Source: an uncultured Rhodospirillales bacterium
Lineage (GTDB): Bacteria > Pseudomonadota > Alphaproteobacteria > RF32 > CAG-239
Direction of reading: 5' to 3'
Assembly (NCBI GenBank): GCA_902763185.1
Contig: CACWQT010000009.1
Coordinates: 442 to 64,441 of the forward strand
DNA length: 64,000 bases
The notes beneath the pieces were generated by a model that worked only from the letters and a program-made list of their open reading frames with translations, was not told where the DNA came from and made no database searches. The stretch's first letter is position 1; each line of letters starts with the position of its first letter. Shown one piece after another: positions 23,988 through 33,149 of this stretch. The translations under genes were made by a program, and so were the position numbers.

Positions 23988-24287
23988 TTACTTACACAAA
24001 TCGGTAATTTTTACGATTGTGATGTTTTGTCTGTGTCCGTTTTTACGACGGTAATTTTGTCTTCTCTTTTTCTTGAAAACAATAACTTTAGCGTCTTTTG
24101 CTTGTTTAACAATGGTTCCTTTAACGCTTGCACCTGCTATAAACGGAGTGCCAACGGTCTCATCCATTGCTAAAACCTCGTTAAAAATTACTTCACTTCC
24201 AGCGTCACCAGCAATCTTTTCGATTTTGATAACATCGTTTGATGTCACTTTGTATTGCTTGCCGCCTGTTTTAATTACTGCATACAT
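23988..24287 (-). CDS. rplU: 50S ribosomal protein L21
   Basis: MYAVIKTGGKQYKV...GHRQ. Confidence 0.97.
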   Translation of the reverse strand: MYAVIKTGGKQYKVTSNDVIKIEKIAGDAGSEVIFNEVLAMDETVGTPFIAGASVKGTIVKQAKDAKVIVFKKKRRQNYRRKNGHRQNITIVKITDLCK

Positions 24288-24381
24288 TTTTTCCACCTGT
24301 TTTGTTGATTTAAACATAACTTTTTCGTGCAATATACAGAAGTTTTTTCAAGAGTCAATAAGAATCTGTTAAAATTTTAAA

Positions 24382-24927
24382 TTAATTTAGTTTTTGTTGT
24401 TCTTTTAAGCGACGAAACAGGCGCGGCTGCATAAAACGTCCTTGCCAAAGACCGCGTCTGTGTTGTTTAGCTTCGGTTTGTTCTTGGCGGTAAGGCGTTT
24501 CTAAATAGGTTATGGCGTGACCGCTTAAAACCATTTCGCGGTTGATATCTGTGTTTCCGACATAGCAAGTGCATAAGTCGCGGTCATATTGGTCTTTTTT
24601 ATGGATACGGCAGGTGATTTGTTGATTGCTGATGAGGCCTTGCAGGTATTTAGCAGAAGTTATGCCGCAAGGATAAATTTTTTTGTGTTTGTCTTTACAC
24701 TGTTGAACATATTCCGGTGCATCAATGCCCATTAAACGAATGCGGTGGCTGCCTATTTCCAAACTATCTCCATCAATAACTTTGGCCGGGGTTAATGCGG
24801 TGGTTTTAATTTCATTTGTTGAGATCTCTTCTGCCGTACAGGTAAAAAAGGCACATGCCAGTATCAGAAGTAACAGAAAAAACAGGCTGTTATTTAGTGT
24901 GTATATTTTTGACAATTTTCTTCCCAA
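24382..24927 (-). CDS. Thermonuclease (SNase) family secreted nuclease
   Basis: VIDGDSL, IRLMGIDAPE, DQYDR, GLW. Confidence 0.9.
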   Translation of the reverse strand: MGRKLSKIYTLNNSLFFLLLLILACAFFTCTAEEISTNEIKTTALTPAKVIDGDSLEIGSHRIRLMGIDAPEYVQQCKDKHKKIYPCGITSAKYLQGLISNQQITCRIHKKDQYDRDLCTCYVGNTDINREMVLSGHAITYLETPYRQEQTEAKQHRRGLWQGRFMQPRLFRRLKEQQKLN

Positions 24928-24993
24928 TCACGTTGTTTATATGTAGTCTCTTAAGTAAAGTATATACTCACATTTAATTAAAGGTTAGTTAGC

Positions 24994-26094
24994 GTGCAAA
25001 AAATATTTTTTAAATCGTTGATGGTTATCGGCTTAGTAGGCAGTGTGGCGTCTTGTAACGCGCCATGGTTAGAAGGACAAGCCGGTGAAGAATATGTTTA
25101 TGAAGAAGATGTAACTCTTGCTTCTTACGAGGATACATATGTAGAGCCAATTGAGCCTGCTCCGGTGTTTAATGAAACGCCGACTGAGGCTGCAAAAGTT
25201 TATAATAAGCGTGTTCCGCCGCTTAATACGGTAATTGTCTGCAGAGATAAGCAGTGTGCTCCGGCAGAGCTTTCGATGTCTAAAGAATATATCTTTAATT
25301 CTTTGGCTCAGTTGATAGATAATAATTTGGATGAAACGGCATTGTTGTGTGAGGCCAATGCACAGGCACATGTCTGCGTTAATCCGTATTTAACAGTTCC
25401 GGCAAAAGTCGGTGTTACGCCCGCATATGTCTATTTTGACGGTGTAAAATTGGTTGATGGTTCAAGCGTTAAAGGCAAAACGGCTCTTAATCTGGCGCTT
25501 GCCTATAATTTGAGCTATAACGGACAGACGCCGACGGTTTGCAAACCGGATAACTCTATTTTGTATGTTAAAGGTAATAATGACATAGTCTTGAATGGTA
25601 ACGGATTTAAGTGCGAGATGACAAGTGTCGGCACCACGACTATTCGCATTATGTTTAATATTGATTACATCGATGTGGATTACGGATATATAGGTGGATA
25701 CTACTCTATCGGGTTGTCCGGTCCTGCTAATGGCGGTGGTTCGGGTTATGGTATGATTCGTCTTGTTAAAGAAGTTAAACCATTAAAGCCGGTTGTTGGT
25801 TCAAAACAACCAGAAGTTAAGGAAGCGGTTGCGCCGAGTCAGCCTGTAGCAGTGGTTCAGCCTTGTGTCGGTGTTCAACCATGTTATCAACCGGTTCCAG
25901 TGGTTCAGCCGGTTGCCGTAGCTCCCAAAATGCCAACGGTTGATGTTCATGTAAATGTTTCTACATCTGATCAACCAACGGTTGCGCCAAAGGCTGTGTA
26001 TGAAGCAACTGATACTCATACGGTTGTTCATCCAAGTGGATCAAATCAACCAAGTCCTGTTTATGTAGACGATTTAGATGACTATATGAAATAG
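24994..26094 (+). CDS. Hypothetical lipoprotein
   Basis: Lipobox VASC, Cys-containing core and Pro/Val-rich tail. Confidence 0.75.
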   Translation: MQKIFFKSLMVIGLVGSVASCNAPWLEGQAGEEYVYEEDVTLASYEDTYVEPIEPAPVFNETPTEAAKVYNKRVPPLNTVIVCRDKQCAPAELSMSKEYIFNSLAQLIDNNLDETALLCEANAQAHVCVNPYLTVPAKVGVTPAYVYFDGVKLVDGSSVKGKTALNLALAYNLSYNGQTPTVCKPDNSILYVKGNNDIVLNGNGFKCEMTSVGTTTIRIMFNIDYIDVDYGYIGGYYSIGLSGPANGGGSGYGMIRLVKEVKPLKPVVGSKQPEVKEAVAPSQPVAVVQPCVGVQPCYQPVPVVQPVAVAPKMPTVDVHVNVSTSDQPTVAPKAVYEATDTHTVVHPSGSNQPSPVYVDDLDDYMK

Positions 26095-26135
26095 ACTTGA
26101 CATTTTGGTTTTTATGTGGAAATTTATTTATATCA

Positions 26136-26168
26136 AAAAGCTTCAGATAATTGTTTGAGGCTTTTTTT
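26136..26168 (+). terminator. Intrinsic terminator
   Basis: AAAAAGCTTCAGA...TTTGAGGCTTTTTTT. Confidence 0.6.
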
Positions 26169-26194
26169 GGTGAGGCATTAAAGGATAAAATAAA

Positions 26195-26854
26195 ATGGAT
26201 AAAAAGTTTGTTATCTCGCTAATCGGTGCCCCTGCATCAGGAAAGGGGTATATTGCATCATCTTTGGTCAATGAATTACAAACAAAATATCATATGGCAG
26301 CCAATGATATCAAAGATATTTCGGTAGGCGAGATGATCCGTCGAGAAAAGAAAGCGAATACGCCGTTGGGCCAAGAGTTAGCGGCAAATATGAAAGAGGG
26401 CGGATTGGCACCGGATCGTATTGTTAATAAGATGTTATTGAAAGCACTTGATGAAGTTAATGCCAAAGTGCTTATTTTGGATGGATATCCGCGCACGGTC
26501 GGGCAAGTAAAGACCTTTGATAAGTTGATGGAAAATTACAGCAGTGCGGTTATTTTCCGCGATACACCCAAAGAACTTATTTTAGAACGCGTTAAAAATC
26601 GTCGAATTTGCGAAAAGTGCGGTAAAGCGCATGATGTCGGAGACGGCATTTGCACAGATTGCGGTGGTAAATTGGTCATGCGAAAAGATGATAGCGTTTT
26701 ACCGGAGCGCTTGGCTGAATATGAGGAGATGACAAAGCCTGCGGTAATAGAGCTTAAAAATGAAGGCAAAAATTTCTTTTGGTATGAAGGAACGGCAGAA
26801 GGCGAAGATATTGCCGAATCTTTTTTGAAAGCAAATGAAAAATATTTAGCTTAA
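26195..26854 (+). CDS. Adenylate kinase family protein with Zn-lid
   Basis: GAPASGKG, LDGYPRT, CEKC...CTDC lid and RKDD. Confidence 0.85.
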   Translation: MDKKFVISLIGAPASGKGYIASSLVNELQTKYHMAANDIKDISVGEMIRREKKANTPLGQELAANMKEGGLAPDRIVNKMLLKALDEVNAKVLILDGYPRTVGQVKTFDKLMENYSSAVIFRDTPKELILERVKNRRICEKCGKAHDVGDGICTDCGGKLVMRKDDSVLPERLAEYEEMTKPAVIELKNEGKNFFWYEGTAEGEDIAESFLKANEKYLA

Positions 26855-26864
26855 GATTTTTTAT

Positions 26865-27353
26865 TTAGGCGGCGTGGTTGCCAAATGATGCGCGGAGGTT
26901 GCTATGCGTAATGGCAATTGCTAAAGCGTCAGATGAATCATTGTTTTTTGGCGCACAACCTGGGAGCAAAATCTTTACCATAGTTTCAACTTGTTTCTTA
27001 TCAGCTCTGCCGACGCCGGTTAAGGCTTTTTTGATTTTGTTCGGTTCGTATTCATAAAGCGGAATGTTATAAAGTGCGGGCATTAAGAATACTACGCCTC
27101 TTGCCATACTTAATTTTAATGAAGTTTCAGGGTTCTCATTTAAGAAGGTAATTTCAATAGAGGCTTCATCCGGTTTGTAAGTTTCAATCACTTTGGTAAG
27201 TTCGTTAAAAATCGTATGCAGCCTTTGGGATAAGCCGTCTTTGGCTTTAGTTGCAATAAAACCGTCTGCCACATAAGACAGACGGTTTCCATTGACATCA
27301 ATTATGCCCCAACCGGTAGATGATATACTCGGGTCAAGACCTAAAATCCGCAT
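26865..27353 (-). CDS. ruvC: Holliday junction resolvase
   Basis: ILGLDPS, TGWG, DALAIAITH, downstream of yebC. Confidence 0.95.
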   Translation of the reverse strand: MRILGLDPSISSTGWGIIDVNGNRLSYVADGFIATKAKDGLSQRLHTIFNELTKVIETYKPDEASIEITFLNENPETSLKLSMARGVVFLMPALYNIPLYEYEPNKIKKALTGVGRADKKQVETMVKILLPGCAPKNNDSSDALAIAITHSNLRASFGNHAA

Positions 27354-28108
27354 TATTCAGCCTCTAGTTCTGCCATAATGTTTTCGGCGATATCGGCATT
27401 GTGATAAACGTGCTGAACGTCTTCATCTTCTTCTAATGCGTCAATAAATTCCAAGAACTTCTTGGCGGTTTCCAAGTCCGTAATTTCTGTTTTTACGGTC
27501 GGTTTCCAATCAAGACGTGAAGCAGAAGGTGTGCCGAATTTCTTTTCCAAAGCGTCAGTTACGGCTGACAAATCATCCGGCAATGTTTCAATGGCGTGAA
27601 TATCATCTTCGGAAATTACCTCGTTGGCGCCTGCCTCTAAAGCTTCTTCAAACATCTTGTCGGCGTCTGCCACAGCTATCGGGTATTCAATGTAACCGAT
27701 ACGTTCAAAGTTAAATGATACAGAGCCGGTTTCCCCCATGGTTCCGCCACGTTTACCGAAAATGGCGCGGACATTACTTGCCGTGCGGTTCTTGTTATCA
27801 GTTAAAGCCTCAACAATTACGGCAACTTTGTTTGGTGAGAAACCTTCATAACGCATGGTGGTAAAATCTGCACCGCCGGCAACTTGAGTTGCTTTGGCAA
27901 TAGCGCGCTCAATGTTATCTTTCGGCATACTTTCGGCGCGTGCGGCTTGAATAGCTAACCTTAAACGAGGGTTTTTATCCGGTTCCGGTAAGCCGCTTTT
28001 GGCAGCAACGGTAATTTCACGAGCAAGTTTAGCAAATACGCGTGCCTTTTTGGCATCTTGTGCGCCTTTACGATACATAATATTTTTAAATTGGGAGTGT
28101 CCTGACAT
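27353..28108 (-). CDS. yebC: YebC/PmpR family protein
   Basis: MSGHSQFKNIMYRKG, TDNKNRT, DVQHVYHN. Confidence 0.95.
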   Translation of the reverse strand: MSGHSQFKNIMYRKGAQDAKKARVFAKLAREITVAAKSGLPEPDKNPRLRLAIQAARAESMPKDNIERAIAKATQVAGGADFTTMRYEGFSPNKVAVIVEALTDNKNRTASNVRAIFGKRGGTMGETGSVSFNFERIGYIEYPIAVADADKMFEEALEAGANEVISEDDIHAIETLPDDLSAVTDALEKKFGTPSASRLDWKPTVKTEITDLETAKKFLEFIDALEEDEDVQHVYHNADIAENIMAELEAE

Positions 28109-28196
28109 TTAGCATCTCCATAAATTATAGGTTAACGTTTTTCTTTTCTATAATGCCAAGATTGAAATAGCGCAAGTTTTTTTTATATTTTTTTGA

Positions 28197-29006
28197 TTAA
28201 AAATTTGATTCTGAAACAAGCGTTGTGTCATCAAGCAAGAAAGCCGGTGTGCTTTTGCCAAAGATTTTATATTTGCGGGCTAAATCAAGGGCTTTTTTAT
28301 CTTGCTTATGTTCGGCGTGCTTTTTCGCGTATTTTGAAACTCTCGGTTTTGATGTTTCAGCACTTTCGGGCATTTGCGGCTCGTTTTTAATATCTTCAGT
28401 CAGTTCGCTTTCTTTGTTTTTATCAATTTTGATTTCGGCCGGCGTTTTTAAGATTTTGTTTAGGATGTCTTGCGTTTCTTTGGAGCGGCGGGTGGTAAAT
28501 ACGATGTTTTGCTTATTTGCCGGAAGTTGTTCCAAAACTTTTTCAAGATTTTCAAGCTGGCGATTTTTCTTAATCAGGTTGATATCGTCTACCACTAAAA
28601 TATTGATGTTTGAAATGTCCAAATTATTTTCAGCAATATTTTCCAACAACAAAGACGGAGAGGCGATAATCACATTTGCTTCCAAAGTTGAGGCGGAGTC
28701 ATTATTCTCATCATTGATTTCATGATATTTGTTAAAAATGGCGAATTTATCGGAAATGTTGACCGACTCCTTAGAATCGGCGGTGATGATGAGGATATTC
28801 TGTCCCTCATTTTTAGAGATGATGTCAATTAAAGGGAAGATATAAGCACAAGTTTTACCGCAAACCGCCGGTGCAATAGTGAAGATGTCTTTTCCCTCAA
28901 GGATAGAAGGGATAACATCTTTTTGAACAGTAGTCGGCTCTTGATAACCCAAATCTTCAATGGCATGTATGGTTTTTTCATCCAGTCCTAAATCTCTAAA
29001 ACTCAT
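28197..29006 (-). CDS. Degenerate DEAD-box helicase, N-terminal (RecA1) domain only
   Basis: Q motif FRDLGL..GYQEPTTVQ and motif I APAVCGKT. Motif II reads DDIN and there is no helicase-C domain. Confidence 0.75.
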   Translation of the reverse strand: MSFRDLGLDEKTIHAIEDLGYQEPTTVQKDVIPSILEGKDIFTIAPAVCGKTCAYIFPLIDIISKNEGQNILIITADSKESVNISDKFAIFNKYHEINDENNDSASTLEANVIIASPSLLLENIAENNLDISNINILVVDDINLIKKNRQLENLEKVLEQLPANKQNIVFTTRRSKETQDILNKILKTPAEIKIDKNKESELTEDIKNEPQMPESAETSKPRVSKYAKKHAEHKQDKKALDLARKYKIFGKSTPAFLLDDTTLVSESNF

Positions 29007-29086
29007 CTTTTTTTCCTAAAATTGTCATTTATTTTGTTGGATAATAGCTCTTTTTGTTAGAGAGTCAAGGGGGATGTGGGAATGCC

Positions 29087-29131
29087 AACAAAAAACCGTT
29101 GCCAACACATAGTCAGCAACGGTTCTTTGTT
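29087..29131. terminator. Terminator of orphan gene
   Basis: AACAAAAAACCGTTGC...GCAACGGTTCTTTGTT. Confidence 0.7.
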
Positions 29132-29145
29132 AAAGGGTTAGAGGT

Positions 29146-29661
29146 TTAGGCGTTCGTTTTGGCATTCAGCTTACTCATTGGTGGCACGTTCTTTGCGTCT
29201 AAGAGCTTGCTGAAGTGGTTGTCACCAACAGATTCAAAAAACTGTGCCATGTAACGCAACGCACGGAAGAGTAATCTGGTATCTTCTCTTATGTTCAAGT
29301 GGCGGTGTGATCCATTCCACAAATCAACAAGTTGAGGATTGAGTGTTTCCAAATACTCATCAATATCCTGCTCATCCGTAACCAATTGGTCTTCCAAGTC
29401 ATCTGAGTAGCCTTCAAAAGTTTCCAGTATCGGCTGATAATCTTCAGCTTTTTTACCGGGCATAAAATTATCAACATCATCAGAGGCATTAGGATTCTTA
29501 ATCCAACTAATCCAATCCTTGGCAACCATGTAAGCATACATGGTGTCTTCAATGGTTGAAGGAATGTCGCGAGATACAAGCAGATACATCATGTTAAGAG
29601 CCAGCGATAAGTTTTCATCATTGTCGCGAGCTTGTAATAATAAAAGTCTTGTTTGTTCCAT
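29146..29661 (-). CDS. Hypothetical acidic protein (orphan)
   Basis: 171 aa ORF with its own TTGACT-N17-TAACTT promoter-like site and terminator. Confidence 0.7.
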   Translation of the reverse strand: MEQTRLLLLQARDNDENLSLALNMMYLLVSRDIPSTIEDTMYAYMVAKDWISWIKNPNASDDVDNFMPGKKAEDYQPILETFEGYSDDLEDQLVTDEQDIDEYLETLNPQLVDLWNGSHRHLNIREDTRLLFRALRYMAQFFESVGDNHFSKLLDAKNVPPMSKLNAKTNA

Positions 29662-29848
29662 AATTAAAATTTTAATTTATTAATATATCAGTAATTTACA
29701 TTATAATTTTTTAATGCGCTCAAGTTAAGTGCTTTTAAGTGATGAGTCAAGATATTTTGTGTTTGCAGCATTAATATCAAAAATATATTTGTGCTTTAAA
29801 ATCTTTATGTTATAACGAGTTCTAAGTTAACAGAGAATCTTAGATAAA

Positions 29849-31174
29849 ATGGAAGAGACGTTATTTTCAGCACGGGTAAAAAGACCGTTGGCAGACAGAC
29901 TCCGCCCGACAAAGCTTGAAGAAGTGGTTGGGCAGGAGCAGGTCTTGGGTGAAGATTCGCCTTTGGGGCGGATGCTTCAAACCGGTCGTATATCTTCGTT
30001 TATTTTATGGGGACCTCCGGGGTGCGGTAAGACAACGATTGCAAGGCTCATTGCCGAATATACGAATCTTTATTTTGAGCAAATATCAGCGGTGTTTTCA
30101 GGTGTTGCAGATTTGAAACGCGTGTTTCAATATGCCGAGGAAAGGCGTAAAACACAAGGCAAAGGCACATTGTTATTCGTGGATGAAATTCACCGTTTTA
30201 ACAAGTCGCAACAAGACGGCTTTTTGCCTTATGTTGAGAACGGCACGGTGGTGCTTGTGGGGGCAACAACGGAGAATCCATCTTTTGAGCTGAATGCTGC
30301 GCTTTTATCGCGTTGTCAGGTGTTTGTGTTAAACAGGCTGACGGCGGAGAATTTTGAAGAACTTTTACAGCGCGCTGAGCGTGAGGAAGGGCAAAAACTT
30401 CCGGTTGATGATGAAGCGCGTGAGTTGATGAAAACGGTTGCGGATGGCGATGGACGGTATATTTTAAACATTGCTGAGAGTGTGTGGGCGTTTGCTAAGC
30501 CAAATGAGATTTTTGATAAAGATAAATTGATGAAGATAATTCGCTCGCGCGCGCCTGTTTATGATAAAGGGCGTGACGGTCATTATAATCTTATCTCGGC
30601 GGTGCATAAGTCTTTGCGCGGTTCTGATGTGGATGCGGCACTTTATTGGGCGGGACGAATGCTTGTTTCAGGTGAGGATCCGCGGTATTTACTCAGGCGT
30701 TTGGTTCGGTTTTCCATAGAAGATGTATCGTTGGCGGATCCCAATGCCGTGGTGCAGGCAATTGCTTGTGCCGATACATATGAACGTTTAGGGTCGCCCG
30801 AAGGGGATTTGGCGATTATGCAGTTGGTGGCGTATTTGGCAACCGCGCCCAAGTCGGCGGCCGTATATAAAGCAATGCATAAAGTATTTGATGCGGCACG
30901 AGAAACAGGTTCGCTTATGCCGCCGAAACATATTTTAAATGCACCGACAAAGTTGATGAAAAGTCTCGGCTATCATGACGGTTATATCTATGATCAAGAT
31001 TTGGAAGATGGTTTTTCTGGGCAAGATTATTTTCCCGAAGAAATGGGACGGCGACGGTTTTATAACCCCGTGGATAGAGGATTTGAGCGCGAGATTAAGA
31101 AGCGGATAGACTATTTTGATAAGCTCAGAGCAGAAAAGCAACGCGAGCGGAAGAAAAACGAAGATAAAGATTAA
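29849..31174 (+). CDS. rarA: Replication-associated recombination AAA+ ATPase
   Basis: PLADRLRP, GPPGCGKT, DEIHRF, GATTENP, HKSLRGSD. Confidence 0.96.
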   Translation: MEETLFSARVKRPLADRLRPTKLEEVVGQEQVLGEDSPLGRMLQTGRISSFILWGPPGCGKTTIARLIAEYTNLYFEQISAVFSGVADLKRVFQYAEERRKTQGKGTLLFVDEIHRFNKSQQDGFLPYVENGTVVLVGATTENPSFELNAALLSRCQVFVLNRLTAENFEELLQRAEREEGQKLPVDDEARELMKTVADGDGRYILNIAESVWAFAKPNEIFDKDKLMKIIRSRAPVYDKGRDGHYNLISAVHKSLRGSDVDAALYWAGRMLVSGEDPRYLLRRLVRFSIEDVSLADPNAVVQAIACADTYERLGSPEGDLAIMQLVAYLATAPKSAAVYKAMHKVFDAARETGSLMPPKHILNAPTKLMKSLGYHDGYIYDQDLEDGFSGQDYFPEEMGRRRFYNPVDRGFEREIKKRIDYFDKLRAEKQRERKKNEDKD

Positions 31175-31219
31175 TCGGTGAAGTTAGCAAATATTATTAT
31201 AAATTAAATCTTATTAGGT

Positions 31220-31477
31220 ATGGCAGATATCAAGTTAATTGCAGAGGCTTTAGTCGGGCTTACTTCTAAAGAAGTTAAAGAATTGGCAGAGCGCCTTAAG
31301 GAAGAGTATGGCATAGAATCCGTGTATGTGCTGAAGAAGCCTGATTTTAATCCGCGTGGCTTGTATGCAAAGCAGGTGTCAGTGCAGGTAAAAGACATTA
31401 TTCCGCAAAAAGGGAAAATGTTTGTTCCTAAAAAAATAGGAAAACCTTGCAAGCCTTATGTTTCTCGTCGGAAATAA
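31220..31477 (+). CDS. Ribosomal L7/L12 N-terminal-domain protein with a basic tail
   Basis: [33 protein letters not shown] resembles the Bacteroidetes L12 NTD. No hinge or CTD follows. Confidence 0.7.
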   Translation: [85 protein letters not shown]

Positions 31478-31510
31478 AAAAAAGGCCTTCCAAATGGTAG
31501 GCCTTTTTTT
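31476..31510. terminator. Bidirectional terminator
   Basis: A7-GGCCTTCCA-AA-TGGTAGGCC-T7. Confidence 0.75.
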
Positions 31511-32084
31511 AGACATCAGAGATTTCAGTTGCCTTGGGCATTCTCTTGTTTTTGTGCAGAGTAGGCGGAACAATGGCTCTGGTATCTGCACCTGTATCCA
31601 TATTCTCGTCAGCACTTTCATCAACATCTGAGCTTTCCCAGACTTTTTTGTCCTGTTTATAGATACCCCACTCACGGGCACCACTGATGGTCAAGAGAAT
31701 ACTCAAGGCAGAGAGAAGTCCGCTCCACTCCACTTCTCCAATATTGAAGAAAGGATGTATACAGCAGTTATTAAATAAACCGCCGACGATACACCAACCG
31801 ATAGTGGGAATCCACACCTTGTTGGTCAGAATACCCTTAGATGCGGTCTTTTTGCTCTCTTCTACGACCTCGCCGAGATATCTGTATTTTCTCAGGACAA
31901 CGTCGCGTGCACCTCCTAATCCTAACATGATTGCTAAGGTTAGAATCAAATTTGTCCAATCAACCGGATCACCACCGTGAAGCCACGGAAGCAATATGCA
32001 GTTGTTGAAAAAGCCAAACGCCAAGACTGCGCCGGCAGCCGGAACCCATAAACGGGTTTTCTTAATTCTTATATTCATAGGCAT
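31509..32084 (-). CDS. Membrane protein with two tandem GTA_holin_3TM-like repeats
   Basis: WVPAAG..NNCILLP..DW..MLGLGGAR is repeated as WIPTIGW..NNCCIHP..EW..LTISGAR. Confidence 0.65.
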   Translation of the reverse strand: MPMNIRIKKTRLWVPAAGAVLAFGFFNNCILLPWLHGGDPVDWTNLILTLAIMLGLGGARDVVLRKYRYLGEVVEESKKTASKGILTNKVWIPTIGWCIVGGLFNNCCIHPFFNIGEVEWSGLLSALSILLTISGAREWGIYKQDKKVWESSDVDESADENMDTGADTRAIVPPTLHKNKRMPKATEISDV

Positions 32085-32212
32085 AATTTATATGTTTCGT
32101 TTGTGTTTTTAGACGATAATTTTGTTTTTGTCAATATTTTTAATAAATAAATCTTGTCAAATCTGTTTTTGTGCATTAAGCTCTTGGCAAAATTTGTTTG
32201 AAAGATAATAGT

Positions 32213-33142
32213 ATGTCTGGTGTTGAACTGATTAAAATTAAAGCCGCAGATGACGGTATTCGCCTTAATCGATGGTTTTTGAAGTATTATCCGGGGCTGA
32301 GTTTAGGACGATTGCAAAAGCTTTTGCGCACTAAGCAAATTAAAGTTGATGGGGCGAGGGCTGAAAGCAATACGCGCCTTTGTGCAGGACAAGAAATCAG
32401 AGTGCCGCCGCTTGATAATGAGAAAAAAACACTCGTTCATAATGTATTATCCGCAAAAGATGAGCAATATGCGTTGAGTTTGGTGATTTATAAAGACGAG
32501 AATATTATTGTTTTAAATAAGCCGTCCGGTCTTGCCGTTCAGGGCGGAACAAATACTTTAAGGCATGTTGACGGAATGCTTGAGGCACTTAAATTCGGTA
32601 ATGAAGAGAAACCCAAATTAGTGCATCGGATTGATAAAGATACAAGCGGTATTTTGGTTTTGGCAAGAAATCGTAAAATGGCAGACGTGTTAACAAAAGG
32701 GTTTAGAGAACATACACTGCAAAAAACATATTTAGCGTTGACACGTGGTGTGCCAAGGAAAGATAAAGGTGAAATTAAAGCGCCGTTAGAAAAAGTGGGC
32801 GAACGCGTGCAGGTTGTAGAATCCGGTAAGCCTGCACTGACACAATATGAAGTGTTGGATAACGTCGGTGATAAGTATGCGCTTGTTTCTGCCAGTCCTT
32901 TAACCGGACGTACTCATCAAATCCGCGCGCATTTGGAATATTTAGGCACACCGATTTACGGAGATGATAAATATTTTGGTGAGGAACGGTGTAAAAATAG
33001 TTTGATTGCTCATAAATTACACTTGCATGCTTATAAAATTGATTTATCTTCAATATATGGGCGTAAAATGGAAGTTTTAGCCAAATTACCGGACTATTTT
33101 AAGGAAAGTTTGAATACCCTCGGGTTAAATTTTAAGGAGTAA
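32213..33142 (+). CDS. rluC: RluA family 23S rRNA pseudouridine synthase (RluC-like)
   Basis: S4 domain, NKPSGL, VHRIDKDTSG, TGRTHQIR, LHLHA. Confidence 0.9.
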   Translation: MSGVELIKIKAADDGIRLNRWFLKYYPGLSLGRLQKLLRTKQIKVDGARAESNTRLCAGQEIRVPPLDNEKKTLVHNVLSAKDEQYALSLVIYKDENIIVLNKPSGLAVQGGTNTLRHVDGMLEALKFGNEEKPKLVHRIDKDTSGILVLARNRKMADVLTKGFREHTLQKTYLALTRGVPRKDKGEIKAPLEKVGERVQVVESGKPALTQYEVLDNVGDKYALVSASPLTGRTHQIRAHLEYLGTPIYGDDKYFGEERCKNSLIAHKLHLHAYKIDLSSIYGRKMEVLAKLPDYFKESLNTLGLNFKE

Positions 33143-33149
33143 AACCGAT

